This document shows positions 45,921-54,860 of a stretch of DNA of 62,884 nt, piece after piece. A program made the translations under genes and the position numbers. Position 1 is the stretch's first letter; each line of letters opens with the position of its first letter. Under the pieces are notes generated by a model, which saw only the letters and a program-made list of their open reading frames with translations, had not been told where the DNA came from and did not search any database. The stretch spans positions 1 through 62,884 of the forward strand of contig PGYD01000002.1 of NCBI GenBank assembly GCA_002839495.1, given 5' to 3'. Source of the stretch: Planctomycetes bacterium HGW-Planctomycetes-1 (lineage in GTDB: Bacteria; Planctomycetota; Phycisphaerae; Sedimentisphaerales; UBA12454).

Positions 45921-46894
45921 TTTTTTTCTCCGATACCGGTTTTTTCCTGTAAATGGCATAAAATTGTTCCCAAAGGCTCAGGCATAGACCAATCAGGTTC
46001 TTTATCCTTGGAACTATCGGCAAGAAAAACCTTGGTTAAACCGATATACAGCCTTATATCAAACGGCTGATAAGAAACAGCTTTTTTATAGAGTTTCACG
46101 GCAGCGTTGCGGTATCCGCCTTTGCGATGGCGTTTTGCCGCTCTGCGATATACTCTGCTTATTTTGCTGAAAGCAGCCTTTCGAGAGACTAACTTATCTC
46201 CGCCAAGTTTAAAGTAAAATCTTTCGAGCGACCTTGCCCGATTGCAGGAACCTGTAATAAGAGATGCTTTTGAGTGCGCATCCGGACTTGAATATCTTGT
46301 AACTACAATATCAGGAACGAATAAAAATTTTGTGCGGACTGAAAGCCTCAGAAATGCGTCATTATCATCGGAGTTTCTCAAGGTCTCGTCGAACCAGAAA
46401 TCTTTCAGAATGTCTCTGCGAATAAGTACGGCCATCGGCCAGATGAAACTGTTTTTGAAAAGTTCCTTTGTGATAGCACCCGATACATATCTTTCGGTAT
46501 AATAAGGCCTGTTTGTCTTGTCATCTTCGCTGTCATTAACCTTTGTTGCGGCATAAGCGAGTCCGAAATCCCTGTTTTGTTCAAGGTTTTCGAGCATTAT
46601 CTTAAGGAAGTCTGCCGGCCAGGTATCGTCCGAATCGAGAAAGGCGATATATTTTCCTTGTGCCTGCGCCATACCGGCGTTTCGCGCGCTGGATACGCCG
46701 CCGTTAGATTTATAAATATACCTAATACGGTTATCTCGAAAAGAATCGACAACCTTGCGCGTCTCGTCTGTTGAACCATCATCGACGGCGATTATTTCGA
46801 AATCAGAAAAATTCTGATTTATAATGCTGTTTATTGCCCGGTGGACAACGTAGCCGCGATTATACGTAGGTATTATGACGGATACTGCAATCAT
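45917..46894 (-). CDS. family 2 glycosyltransferase
   Basis: VSVIIPTYNRGYVVHRAINSIINQNFSDFEIIAVDDGSTDET and FLDSDD. Confidence 0.85.
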   Translation of the reverse strand: MIAVSVIIPTYNRGYVVHRAINSIINQNFSDFEIIAVDDGSTDETRKVVDSFRDNRIRYIYKSNGGVSSARNAGMAQAQGKYIAFLDSDDTWPADFLKIMLENLEQNRDFGLAYAATKVNDSEDDKTNRPYYTERYVSGAITKELFKNSFIWPMAVLIRRDILKDFWFDETLRNSDDNDAFLRLSVRTKFLFVPDIVVTRYSSPDAHSKASLITGSCNRARSLERFYFKLGGDKLVSRKAAFSKISRVYRRAAKRHRKGGYRNAAVKLYKKAVSYQPFDIRLYIGLTKVFLADSSKDKEPDWSMPEPLGTILCHLQEKTGIGEKK

Positions 46895-46896
46895 AA

Positions 46897-47589
46897 TTAA
46901 GCCATTTTTGTAAAACAGGCCATATTTTTTAACTGTAGCAAATCTTTAAAGCGACCACTTTTTACGATATAGTCAATCATAGCTCGTCTTACTTCGGTTC
47001 TCGGCCCGGTCGGTTTTGTATCGTGCATTACGATAACGCCTCCGATATTAACGTGCGGTTCCCATATTTTAAGGTCGAGCATTACATCGTCATAAAGATG
47101 TGAGCCATCGACGAAAAGCAATTTTATCGGCTGATTCCAGTCTTTGGCGGCTTCTATCGATGTCTTTTTGATTGGTTCTGCGTATTCAATTACGCCGCAG
47201 TTTTTTAAATTATTTATAAAAGCGTCGAAACTCGAGTCTTCTTCATAATTCGGCACTACGCCTCTTTGGCGTGTGTTGATATGTGGGTCAATAGCGGCGA
47301 TTTTTTCATTCGCACCTGCAAGTTCAAGAGCTTTAGCCATCCAGCAGGTCGATTTCCCTTTGAATGAGCCGATTTCAACTATTCTTCCGGGGCTTTTTGT
47401 ACTTGTATAGGCAAGATAGAATAAAGTCGCACACTGTTTAAGCGTTGTATGTCCTTCGATACTGTCCAGCTGTTTTATCTGCTCTTCCGTGAGCAATTCT
47501 GATACGAGCTTGTTTATCTTTCTGCCAATAAGCCAGCCTGTTCTTAAAAAAGCGGGCAAAAATACCGGATATTTCGGGTGTACGTTCAT
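46897..47589 (-). CDS. class I SAM-dependent methyltransferase (Methyltransf_24-like)
   Basis: IVEIGSFKGKSTCWMA and LLFVDGSH. Confidence 0.65.
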   Translation of the reverse strand: MNVHPKYPVFLPAFLRTGWLIGRKINKLVSELLTEEQIKQLDSIEGHTTLKQCATLFYLAYTSTKSPGRIVEIGSFKGKSTCWMAKALELAGANEKIAAIDPHINTRQRGVVPNYEEDSSFDAFINNLKNCGVIEYAEPIKKTSIEAAKDWNQPIKLLFVDGSHLYDDVMLDLKIWEPHVNIGGVIVMHDTKPTGPRTEVRRAMIDYIVKSGRFKDLLQLKNMACFTKMA

Positions 47590-47598
47590 TGACCTTCC

Positions 47599-48747
47599 TT
47601 AATTTTTATTACATCCTGTTTTTTCTTTGATGAGAGTATCGTAAATATTTTCAATTCTTTTTATCATAACATTATGACTGTAATTCGTTTTAATATATTC
47701 TTTTGCGTCAGTAATTATAGCCTCTTTTTTTTGCAAAGGCAAATTTATTGCTTTTTGCATCATATCTGCCAGTTCGTCCGAGTTTTCAGCCTGTACAAGA
47801 AAACCCAATCTGCCGTTATCCAGAATTTCAGGTATGCCGCCGACATCGCTCGCGATACATAACACGCCTGCCGCCATTGCCTCGATAAGCGTTCGCGGCA
47901 GACCTTCCGCCAGAGATGGCAGAACAAATGCGTCAATCATACTGTAAAATTCCGGCATATTGTTAACACGGTCGAGAAAATAAATGGAATTCTTACAGTT
48001 CAGTTCCATCGTTTGCTTTTCGAGTTCACTTTTTAACCGGCCTGTACCGGCAAATAACAGTCTGATATTCGGAGTTTGTTTTTTAATTTCGGAAAAAGTC
48101 TTAATCAGATATTTTTGTCCCTTTGTCTCTGCGAGTCTGCCTGCGGCAGCGAATACAAAAGCGTCTGAAGGTATATTATATTTTTCCCGAACGGCATGTC
48201 GGTCAAAGTTGGTATTGGAGTAGTATTCATAATCGATTGAATTGCCGATATTCATTACTTTTTCAGGTTCGACAGACGGATTTGTTTTCAGGATGTCGTT
48301 TTTTACAGCCCCGCCTACCGCCAAAATTTTATCAATGCGCGGCAGCAGAAAATAATTCTGCAGCTTTCTGTTTATATTTCTCGTTCTGCCCAAACCGTGG
48401 ACGTGAGATAAAATCGCCGGCACTTTGGCGATTTTGCCTGCGATTGTTCCGTAAAAAGCCGCCTTGTGATGATGACAGTGCAAAATATCCACGCCCTGTT
48501 CCTCCAGAATTTCGGCGAGCCTCAGGAAAGAAAAAGGAATTATCGGCAGTCGGGATTTTTGCGTAACAAAGAAAACTTTTTTGCCGTTCTGCTCGAGAAG
48601 ATTCGGCGCATCGCTCGTCTTTGTCAGATAAATCCCGATGGTCTCGTATTTATCAGGATTTATGCCGCAGATTACGGGAATCACTGATGGGATGTTTCCG
48701 CCAAATGTCGGCCAAAGTCTCGCTATGATGATTTTTCCGTCTCGCAT
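47599..48747 (-). CDS. family 4 (GT-B) glycosyltransferase
   Basis: C-terminal FVLPSLAEGLPRTLIEAMAAG (EX7E). Confidence 0.8.
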   Translation of the reverse strand: MRDGKIIIARLWPTFGGNIPSVIPVICGINPDKYETIGIYLTKTSDAPNLLEQNGKKVFFVTQKSRLPIIPFSFLRLAEILEEQGVDILHCHHHKAAFYGTIAGKIAKVPAILSHVHGLGRTRNINRKLQNYFLLPRIDKILAVGGAVKNDILKTNPSVEPEKVMNIGNSIDYEYYSNTNFDRHAVREKYNIPSDAFVFAAAGRLAETKGQKYLIKTFSEIKKQTPNIRLLFAGTGRLKSELEKQTMELNCKNSIYFLDRVNNMPEFYSMIDAFVLPSLAEGLPRTLIEAMAAGVLCIASDVGGIPEILDNGRLGFLVQAENSDELADMMQKAINLPLQKKEAIITDAKEYIKTNYSHNVMIKRIENIYDTLIKEKTGCNKN

Positions 48748-48753
48748 AGCATC

Positions 48754-49767
48754 TCAGCGTCCGGCGTACATCTGCTGATAATACTGCTGATAATTGCCGC
48801 TGGTTACATCGGCCAGCCATTTTTTATTTTGCAGATACCAGTCGATTGTATTTTTTATTCCCTGCTCGAATTTTGTCTCGGCGCCCCAGCCGAGTTGATT
48901 GTTTATTTTCGATGAGTCTATCGCGTACCGTCTGTCATGGCCGGGACGGTCTTTGACGAATGTTATCAGCGATTCGGGTTTTCCGACAGCCTTGAGTATC
49001 GTCTTTACCACTTCGAGATTTGTTTTTTCATTGCTTGAGCCGATATTGTAAACCTCGCCGGGTTTTCCGTCCGCCAGAACTTTCCATACAGCTTTACAGT
49101 GGTCTTCAACGTGAATCCAGTCGCGAACATTCAAACCGTCGCCGTAAACAGGCAGCGGTTTATCATTCAGGGCATTATTTATCATTAGCGGAATCATTTT
49201 TTCAGGGAATTGATACGGCCCATAATTATTTGAACAGCGGGTTATATTATAGTTCAGCCCCCACGTATGGCCGAATGCCTTTACGAGCAAATCAGCCGCC
49301 GCTTTGCTTGCCGAATAAGGCGAATTGGGAGACAAAGGCGTCTCTTCAGTAAATTTTCCGGTTGGACCAAGCTCGCCGTAAACTTCATCGGTGGAAATTT
49401 GTATAAAACGCTCGATTTTTTTATCGCAGGCCGCTTGCAGCAGCGTGAGCGTGCCGGCGACATTTGTTTCTATGAAGATTTTAGGACTTGTGATTGAACG
49501 GTCAACGTGACTTTCTGCGGCAAAGTTGATAATCGTCTGGATTTTATGCTTGTCGATTAGTTCCTCGACCTTTTTGCCGTCGCATATATCGGCTTTGACA
49601 AAAATGTGATTGGGATTTTTGAGAAAGCCTTCGAGATTTTCAAGATTGCCCGCGTAGGTAAGATTGTCCATATTAACAATGAAACAATCGGGACTGTTGG
49701 TCAGAACCCATCTGACGAAATTGCTGCCTATAAAGCCCGCACCGCCTGTAACAAGAATCCTTTTCAT
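48754..49767 (-). CDS. rfbB: dTDP-glucose 4,6-dehydratase
   Basis: ILVTGGAGFIGSNF, YSASKAAAD, DRPGHDRRYAID. Confidence 0.9.
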   Translation of the reverse strand: MKRILVTGGAGFIGSNFVRWVLTNSPDCFIVNMDNLTYAGNLENLEGFLKNPNHIFVKADICDGKKVEELIDKHKIQTIINFAAESHVDRSITSPKIFIETNVAGTLTLLQAACDKKIERFIQISTDEVYGELGPTGKFTEETPLSPNSPYSASKAAADLLVKAFGHTWGLNYNITRCSNNYGPYQFPEKMIPLMINNALNDKPLPVYGDGLNVRDWIHVEDHCKAVWKVLADGKPGEVYNIGSSNEKTNLEVVKTILKAVGKPESLITFVKDRPGHDRRYAIDSSKINNQLGWGAETKFEQGIKNTIDWYLQNKKWLADVTSGNYQQYYQQMYAGR

Positions 49768-49879
49768 CCCGCACCTTCTTTGTATTCTTTTAATCTGTGT
49801 TTCATATTATTGATATTTCCATCCGATTCTTCTTCCGATTCTTTAAAATCACTTGAATACTTGAAGGTGCGGGATTCAT
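49766..49879 (-). promoter_or_regulatory. rfbD-rfbB intercistronic module: uORF plus a 13-bp hairpin that occludes the rfbB start codon
   Basis: On the mRNA strand: TGA-ATCCCGCACCTTC (49875-49863) ... GAAGGTGCGGGAT-G (49778-49766). The uORF ATG (49879-49877) overlaps the rfbD TGA. Confidence 0.6.
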
Positions 49880-50718
49880 ATCGTTTCCAAAAACCTTTCA
49901 AGTGGCCTTTGCCATTCTTCTATCGGTTTATCAAGCAATGCCTGTATTTTATCACAGCAGAACCTGCTGTTCAAAGGTCTTTTTGCGGCGGTTGGGAACT
50001 CGTCCGATTTGCACGGCAGGATTTTTGTGTTTAGTTTCAGTTTTTCAAAAGCGAATTTTGCCGCATCGTATCGGCTGGCAAAGCCTGCCGCGGCGTAATG
50101 AAATATGCCCTGCGGTCTTTTTGCTGCCAATTCAACAATCGCCTTTGCGGCTTCCTGTGTCGAAGTCGGCGAACCGAACTGGTCATCGACAACTTTTAAA
50201 ACATCTTTCTGTTTGGCCGGCGAAACGAGCTTGGTTATGAAATTGGCGCCGTTTTTACCATAAGTCCACTGAACGCGGATTATGGCAAAATTATTATGAT
50301 TTTTTGCCAAAAGCGTCTCGCCTTCGAGCTTGCTTTTGCCGTAGATATTTATCGGATTAGTTTTATCTGTTTCAAGGTAAGGTGTTTTTTTTTCTCCGTC
50401 GAAGACAAAATCGGTGCTTATGTGAATGACATAGATATTATTCTTTCGGGCTAACTGGGCAAGATTCCCAACAGCCTCGGCATTTACTTTAAATGCCTGC
50501 TCGGATTCGGATGCAGCTTTTTCCACGTTTGTATATGCTGCGCAGTTAATAACGACATCTGCATTTTCGACGGCCTTTTCAAGCTGGTTTGTATCTGTTA
50601 TGTCGAATTGGGGCAAATCTAAAGCTGTTAAATTATTATTGGCGCATAAACAGCGGATTTCAGAGCCGAGCATACCGTTTGCGCCGAGAAGAACAATTCT
50701 TTCAGGACGGATTGTCAT
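49876..50718 (-). CDS. rfbD: dTDP-4-dehydrorhamnose reductase
   Basis: IVLLGANGMLGSE, YGKSKLEGE; 280 aa. Confidence 0.85.
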   Translation of the reverse strand: MTIRPERIVLLGANGMLGSEIRCLCANNNLTALDLPQFDITDTNQLEKAVENADVVINCAAYTNVEKAASESEQAFKVNAEAVGNLAQLARKNNIYVIHISTDFVFDGEKKTPYLETDKTNPINIYGKSKLEGETLLAKNHNNFAIIRVQWTYGKNGANFITKLVSPAKQKDVLKVVDDQFGSPTSTQEAAKAIVELAAKRPQGIFHYAAAGFASRYDAAKFAFEKLKLNTKILPCKSDEFPTAAKRPLNSRFCCDKIQALLDKPIEEWQRPLERFLETI

Positions 50719-51440
50719 TTCGGCGGGTCCTTGGCGACTAATTTATTTGCGACGCCGAGAGATTCGAACGTGCCCGCATCCGTCCACCAGCCGGGCAGCA
50801 TATCGTACTTGAGTTGGCCTCGGCCGATATATGTATTATTTACATCTGTGATTTCCAGTTCGCCCCGGCCGGAAGGCTTCAGTGTTCTTATTATTTTGAA
50901 GACGGAATTGTCGTAAAAGTAAATTCCGGTAACGGCGTAATTGGTCTTGGGGTTTTTCGGTTTTTCGAGAATTCTGGTTACGCCGTTTTTGGAGACTTCG
51001 GCGACGCCGAATCGCTGGGGATGCGGAACTTGTTTGAGCAGAACCCTTGCACCTTTTTCCTGGGCGGCGAATTTCTTAAGGTATGGTTTCAGCGAGGCTT
51101 TGAAGATATTGTCGCCGAGAATGGCGGCAATGCCGCAATCGTTTGCGAAATTCTCCGCAAGGGCAAGTGCCTGGGCGATACCGCCGGCCTGGTCCTGAAC
51201 TTTATAGGTAAACCGGCAGGAAAAATCTTTGCCTGAGCCGAGCAGGTTCACGATGTCTCCCATATGGTCAACGCCGGTTACGATGAGGATTTCTTTAATG
51301 CCTGCCGAGACGAGCTTTTCGATGGGGTAATAAATCATCGGTTTTTTACCGACGGCCAGCAGATGCTTGTTTGTAACCTTTGTCAGGGGCATAAGCCTTG
51401 AGCCTGTCCCGCCGGCGAGCACTACACCTTTAATATCCAT
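50715..51440 (-). CDS. rfbA: glucose-1-phosphate thymidylyltransferase
   Basis: MDIKGVVLAGGTGSRLMPLTKVTNKHLL. AAGGAG precedes ATG 51440; the track ORF extends to 51488. Confidence 0.85.
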   Translation of the reverse strand: MDIKGVVLAGGTGSRLMPLTKVTNKHLLAVGKKPMIYYPIEKLVSAGIKEILIVTGVDHMGDIVNLLGSGKDFSCRFTYKVQDQAGGIAQALALAENFANDCGIAAILGDNIFKASLKPYLKKFAAQEKGARVLLKQVPHPQRFGVAEVSKNGVTRILEKPKNPKTNYAVTGIYFYDNSVFKIIRTLKPSGRGELEITDVNNTYIGRGQLKYDMLPGWWTDAGTFESLGVANKLVAKDPPK

Positions 51441-51591
51441 AAAAAATCTCCTTTTGGGTTGACGGGATTTTATACCTGTTTTGCTCATAAGTCAATTAAA
51501 GGCTGTTTTGACTGTCATAGAATTTGGATATTGCCGACAAAAATCCCCAATATCAGTACTGAAAACCGCATATTTATTATAGGAAATTTGC

Positions 51592-51620
51592 TTGCTTTGC
51601 CGATAATGCTTTAGTATAGT
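51592..51620 (+). promoter_or_regulatory. sigma70-type promoter TTGCTT-17 nt-TATAGT about 220 nt upstream of tRNA-Gln
   Basis: Read directly. Confidence 0.4.
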
Positions 51621-51840
51621 ACCTCTCAAGTTGCTGTCGAACGGGGTAGCAATAGGATTGTGGGGCCGGTAGTATCACGGCATAACCGGCTCAAGCCTCC
51701 GACAGAACCCAACCGGCTTGTATTGAATGGCCACCGTGAAAACTAAATTGAAAATTTGGGATTTTATATTGAAGAGCTGTTTTGTCTTTAATACGCAGTT
51801 TTTTATGTTTAATCTTAAGTATTTGACTTCAAGAGACTTA

Positions 51841-51912
51841 TACCCGGTGGTGTAATTGGTAACACAGAGGCTTTTGGTGCCCCCATTCTAGGTTCGAGTC
51901 CTAGCCGGGTAG
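51841..51912 (+). tRNA. tRNA-Gln (anticodon TTG)
   Basis: Hand-folded cloverleaf. Acceptor TACCCGG/CCGGGTA with U1-A72 and discriminator G. D stem GTGT/ACAC. Anticodon arm GAGGC-ttTTGgt-GCCCC. T arm CTAGG-TTCGAGT-CCTAG. No encoded CCA. Confidence 0.85.
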
Positions 51913-51944
51913 TTGAAAATATTAAAAACAAAAGGCGATATATT

Positions 51945-53165
51945 ATGTCTGATAAAGTTGCGATAATTTTGGCCGCCGGCGTCAGCAGCCGGATGAATAC
52001 CAAACTGCCCAAGGTCTTACACGAGGTCTGCGGCAGGCCGATGCTCGCTTATGTAATTGATGCCTGCAGGAAAGCGGGTATTGAAAAACTGTACGTGATT
52101 GTCGGATTCGGCAAAGAACAGGTAATTGAATACTTTAAAGATGATAAAAATATTGTTTGGGTTGAGCAAACCGAACAAAAAGGCACCGGCCACGCTGTAA
52201 TGTGCTGTAAGAGCCATCTGGCCGATTTTGCCGGCGATACGCTCGTTATCTGCGGCGATATGCCCCTGATTAGGGCCGAAATAATAAATACTCTCATTGA
52301 GAAACATCAAAAAGAGACTTCCGCCGCGACTTTGGCCACAGCGATTCTCGACGACCCGAAAGGTTACGGCAGAATTATCCGCGACAGTTACGGAAATATT
52401 CAGGGTATCGTCGAAGATGGCGACTGCACCCCGATGCAAAAGACTGTCAGGGAAGTCAATCCGAGCTATTACTGCTTCAAGAACAAAACGCTTTTCGAAA
52501 CACTCGAAAAGATAACGCCTGACAATGTAAAAAATGAATATTACCTGACCGATGCTCTGCATCTGATTATCGCGGCAGGCCATAAGGTTGTTGCTGTAAC
52601 TGCGGTTGCCGCCGAGGACGCGATGGGCGTCAACAGCCGACAGCAGCTCAGCGAAGCGGGCAAAATTATGCAGCAGAGGATTCAGGACGGATTTATGAAA
52701 GCCGGTGTAACGATTGTTGACCCGCCCAATACGTGGATTGATGCAAGGACGCAAATCGGACAGGATACGGTCATCGAGCCGTTCACATATATTCACGGCA
52801 GAGTAAAAATAGGAAGTGCCTGCAGAGTAGGGCCTTTCGCCTATCTTCGCGAGGGCACAGTGCTCGGAGATGATGTGGTTCTGGGCGTATTTACCGAAGT
52901 GAAAAATTCATCGCTTGCCGACGGCGTCAGGGCAAGACATCACAGTTATATAGGCGATGCGAATCTGGGCAAAAACGCCGACATAGGCGCAGGCGCGATA
53001 ACGGCTAATTTCGACGGCAAGAAAATTAACGAGACCAAAATCGGCGATAATGTTTTCATCGGGTCGGGTTCGACGCTCATTGCTCCGATTGATATTCCGG
53101 CAGGGGTAAAGATAAAGCCCGGCTCAGCGGTAAATTCAGGCAATATTGAGGAAAATAAGATTTAA
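51945..53165 (+). CDS. glmU: bifunctional UDP-N-acetylglucosamine pyrophosphorylase / GlcN-1-P acetyltransferase
   Basis: AIILAAGVSSRMNTKLPKVLHEV and C-terminal left-handed beta-helix hexapeptide repeats. Confidence 0.85.
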   Translation: MSDKVAIILAAGVSSRMNTKLPKVLHEVCGRPMLAYVIDACRKAGIEKLYVIVGFGKEQVIEYFKDDKNIVWVEQTEQKGTGHAVMCCKSHLADFAGDTLVICGDMPLIRAEIINTLIEKHQKETSAATLATAILDDPKGYGRIIRDSYGNIQGIVEDGDCTPMQKTVREVNPSYYCFKNKTLFETLEKITPDNVKNEYYLTDALHLIIAAGHKVVAVTAVAAEDAMGVNSRQQLSEAGKIMQQRIQDGFMKAGVTIVDPPNTWIDARTQIGQDTVIEPFTYIHGRVKIGSACRVGPFAYLREGTVLGDDVVLGVFTEVKNSSLADGVRARHHSYIGDANLGKNADIGAGAITANFDGKKINETKIGDNVFIGSGSTLIAPIDIPAGVKIKPGSAVNSGNIEENKI

Positions 53166-53175
53166 GGGATTGACG

Positions 53176-54123
53176 ATGCCATTAAATAAAAGCATAAAGA
53201 TTTTCAGCGGTTCGAGTAATCCCGAACTTACGGGGAAAATATGCGATTATCTCGGAGTTACTATCGGCTGTGCGAAAATCGAAAAATTTCCCGATGGAGA
53301 AAAAATTATCAAATGCACCGACGACGTCCGCGGCAGGGATTGTTTCGTTGTTCAGTCCTGCAGCGACCCTGTCGATGCCAGTATTATGGAGTTGCTGATT
53401 TTTCTCGATTGTCTCAAACGCGCAAGCGCAGCGAGAGTAACAGCGGTTATACCTTATTTCGGTTATGCCCGCCAGGACAGGAAAGACGAAGGCAGAACGC
53501 CGATAACCGCCAAATTAGTCGCAAATCTGATAACAACCGCCGGCGCCGACAGAGTGCTCGCGATGGATTTGCACGCCGCCCAGCTTCAGGGATTTTTCGA
53601 TATTCCCGTTGACCATCTCTTTGCTGAGCCGGTGCTGACGAGATATTTCAAGGAAAAGAAAATCGATAACCTGACGATTGTTTCGCCGGACACAGGAAAT
53701 ATCAAAAGGGCCGCAAGATATGTCGCGCATCTCAACGGAGAGCTGGCGATAATCCACAAAAGACGGATAAACGGCAGTGAAGTCCAGTGCGGCGAAATCA
53801 TCGGTACGGTAAAAGACAGAAATGTCCTGATGTGCGATGATATGATTACGACTGCCGGTACGATATGCACCGCCGCAAAGCTTGTCAAGGAGCGGGGCGC
53901 AAAGAAAGTTTTTGTCGGGGCGACGCACGGCCTGTTCTGTGATAAAGCGGTGGAAAATATTGCTAACTCGCCGATTGACGAAGTCGTGGTTACCGATACA
54001 GTTCCTTTAAAATCGAATATAAAGGAACTCGCCAATCTCAGGGTGCTCACCGTCTCTGATATTCTCGGCGAGGCGATAAAACGAATACACAAAAATGAAT
54101 CTGTTAGTGCATTGTTTAAATAG
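53176..54123 (+). CDS. prs: ribose-phosphate pyrophosphokinase
   Basis: IKIFSGSSNPELT, YFGYARQDRK, and the DDMITTAGT PRPP loop. ATG 53176 lies inside the track ORF that opens at 53146. Confidence 0.9.
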   Translation: MPLNKSIKIFSGSSNPELTGKICDYLGVTIGCAKIEKFPDGEKIIKCTDDVRGRDCFVVQSCSDPVDASIMELLIFLDCLKRASAARVTAVIPYFGYARQDRKDEGRTPITAKLVANLITTAGADRVLAMDLHAAQLQGFFDIPVDHLFAEPVLTRYFKEKKIDNLTIVSPDTGNIKRAARYVAHLNGELAIIHKRRINGSEVQCGEIIGTVKDRNVLMCDDMITTAGTICTAAKLVKERGAKKVFVGATHGLFCDKAVENIANSPIDEVVVTDTVPLKSNIKELANLRVLTVSDILGEAIKRIHKNESVSALFK

Positions 54124-54170
54124 AATATTTTTATATCAAAACTAAAGCTGGAAAATGAGGTAAAGGAAAA

Positions 54171-54833
54171 ATGGTATCGAAAGAGTTAGTTTTAAAAGCT
54201 GAAATACGAAAAGAAAATGGCAAGAAGCACTCGGCCAGACTTCGCCTGCAGGGCAAGATTCCCGCCGTAGTTTACGGCCACAAGCAGGAGCCGCAGTCCA
54301 TCGTCCTTGATTTGCACGATTTTACCGAAGGACTGCATCACGGACACAAACTGTTTGATATCGAAATCGGCAGTAATAAAGAAAAGCTGCTTGTTAAAGA
54401 AGTGCAGTATGACCATCTCGGCAAGAAGATAATTCACGCCGATTTAATCAGAGTTGACCTGAGTGAAAAGGTCGAGGTCAGTGTTCCTCTTGTATTTAAG
54501 GGCACTCCGGCCGGCGCCAGCGAAGGCGGAATACTCGAAGAACACCTCGACAGTATCGAGATAGAATGTGCCGTTACCGAGATACCCGAATCGATTGATG
54601 TTTCGGTAAAAGGTCTTAAGATAGACGAATCTCTTCACGTTCGCGATATAGCTCTTCCCGCAGGAGTCAAACTTGTTACAGACCCCGAGCTGCTTGTAAT
54701 TGCCTGCAGTAAGCCAATCGAAGTTGCTCCTGTTGAAGAAGCGGCCGGCGCTGAAGAGCCGACATCGCCTGAGGTTATTACGGAAAGAAAACCGAAGGAA
54801 GGCGAGGAAGAGGAATCTGAAAAGAAGGAATAA
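54171..54833 (+). CDS. rplY: 50S ribosomal protein L25/general stress protein Ctc
   Basis: RLRLQGKIPAVVYG and an acidic C-terminal extension. Confidence 0.85.
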   Translation: MVSKELVLKAEIRKENGKKHSARLRLQGKIPAVVYGHKQEPQSIVLDLHDFTEGLHHGHKLFDIEIGSNKEKLLVKEVQYDHLGKKIIHADLIRVDLSEKVEVSVPLVFKGTPAGASEGGILEEHLDSIEIECAVTEIPESIDVSVKGLKIDESLHVRDIALPAGVKLVTDPELLVIACSKPIEVAPVEEAAGAEEPTSPEVITERKPKEGEEEESEKKE

Positions 54834-54860
54834 TGTTTTTTGCGAGCCGGAAAGCCTTAA

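Noticed and set aside
51664-51674. GGCCGGTAGTA resembling the ops/JUMPstart element (GGCGGTAG) of polysaccharide operons
   Set aside because: It has a 1-nt insertion relative to ops and lies on the strand pointing away from the rfb operon. RfaH/ops is a proteobacterial system.
40754-51912. Idea that the glycan locus is a tRNA-targeted genomic island using tRNA-Gln as the attachment site
   Set aside because: The island lies on the 5' side of the tRNA rather than the 3' side. There is no integrase, and I saw no direct repeat of the tRNA 3' end at the far border (40.1-40.75 kb). The rfbA/B/D genes next to the tRNA have core-like composition.
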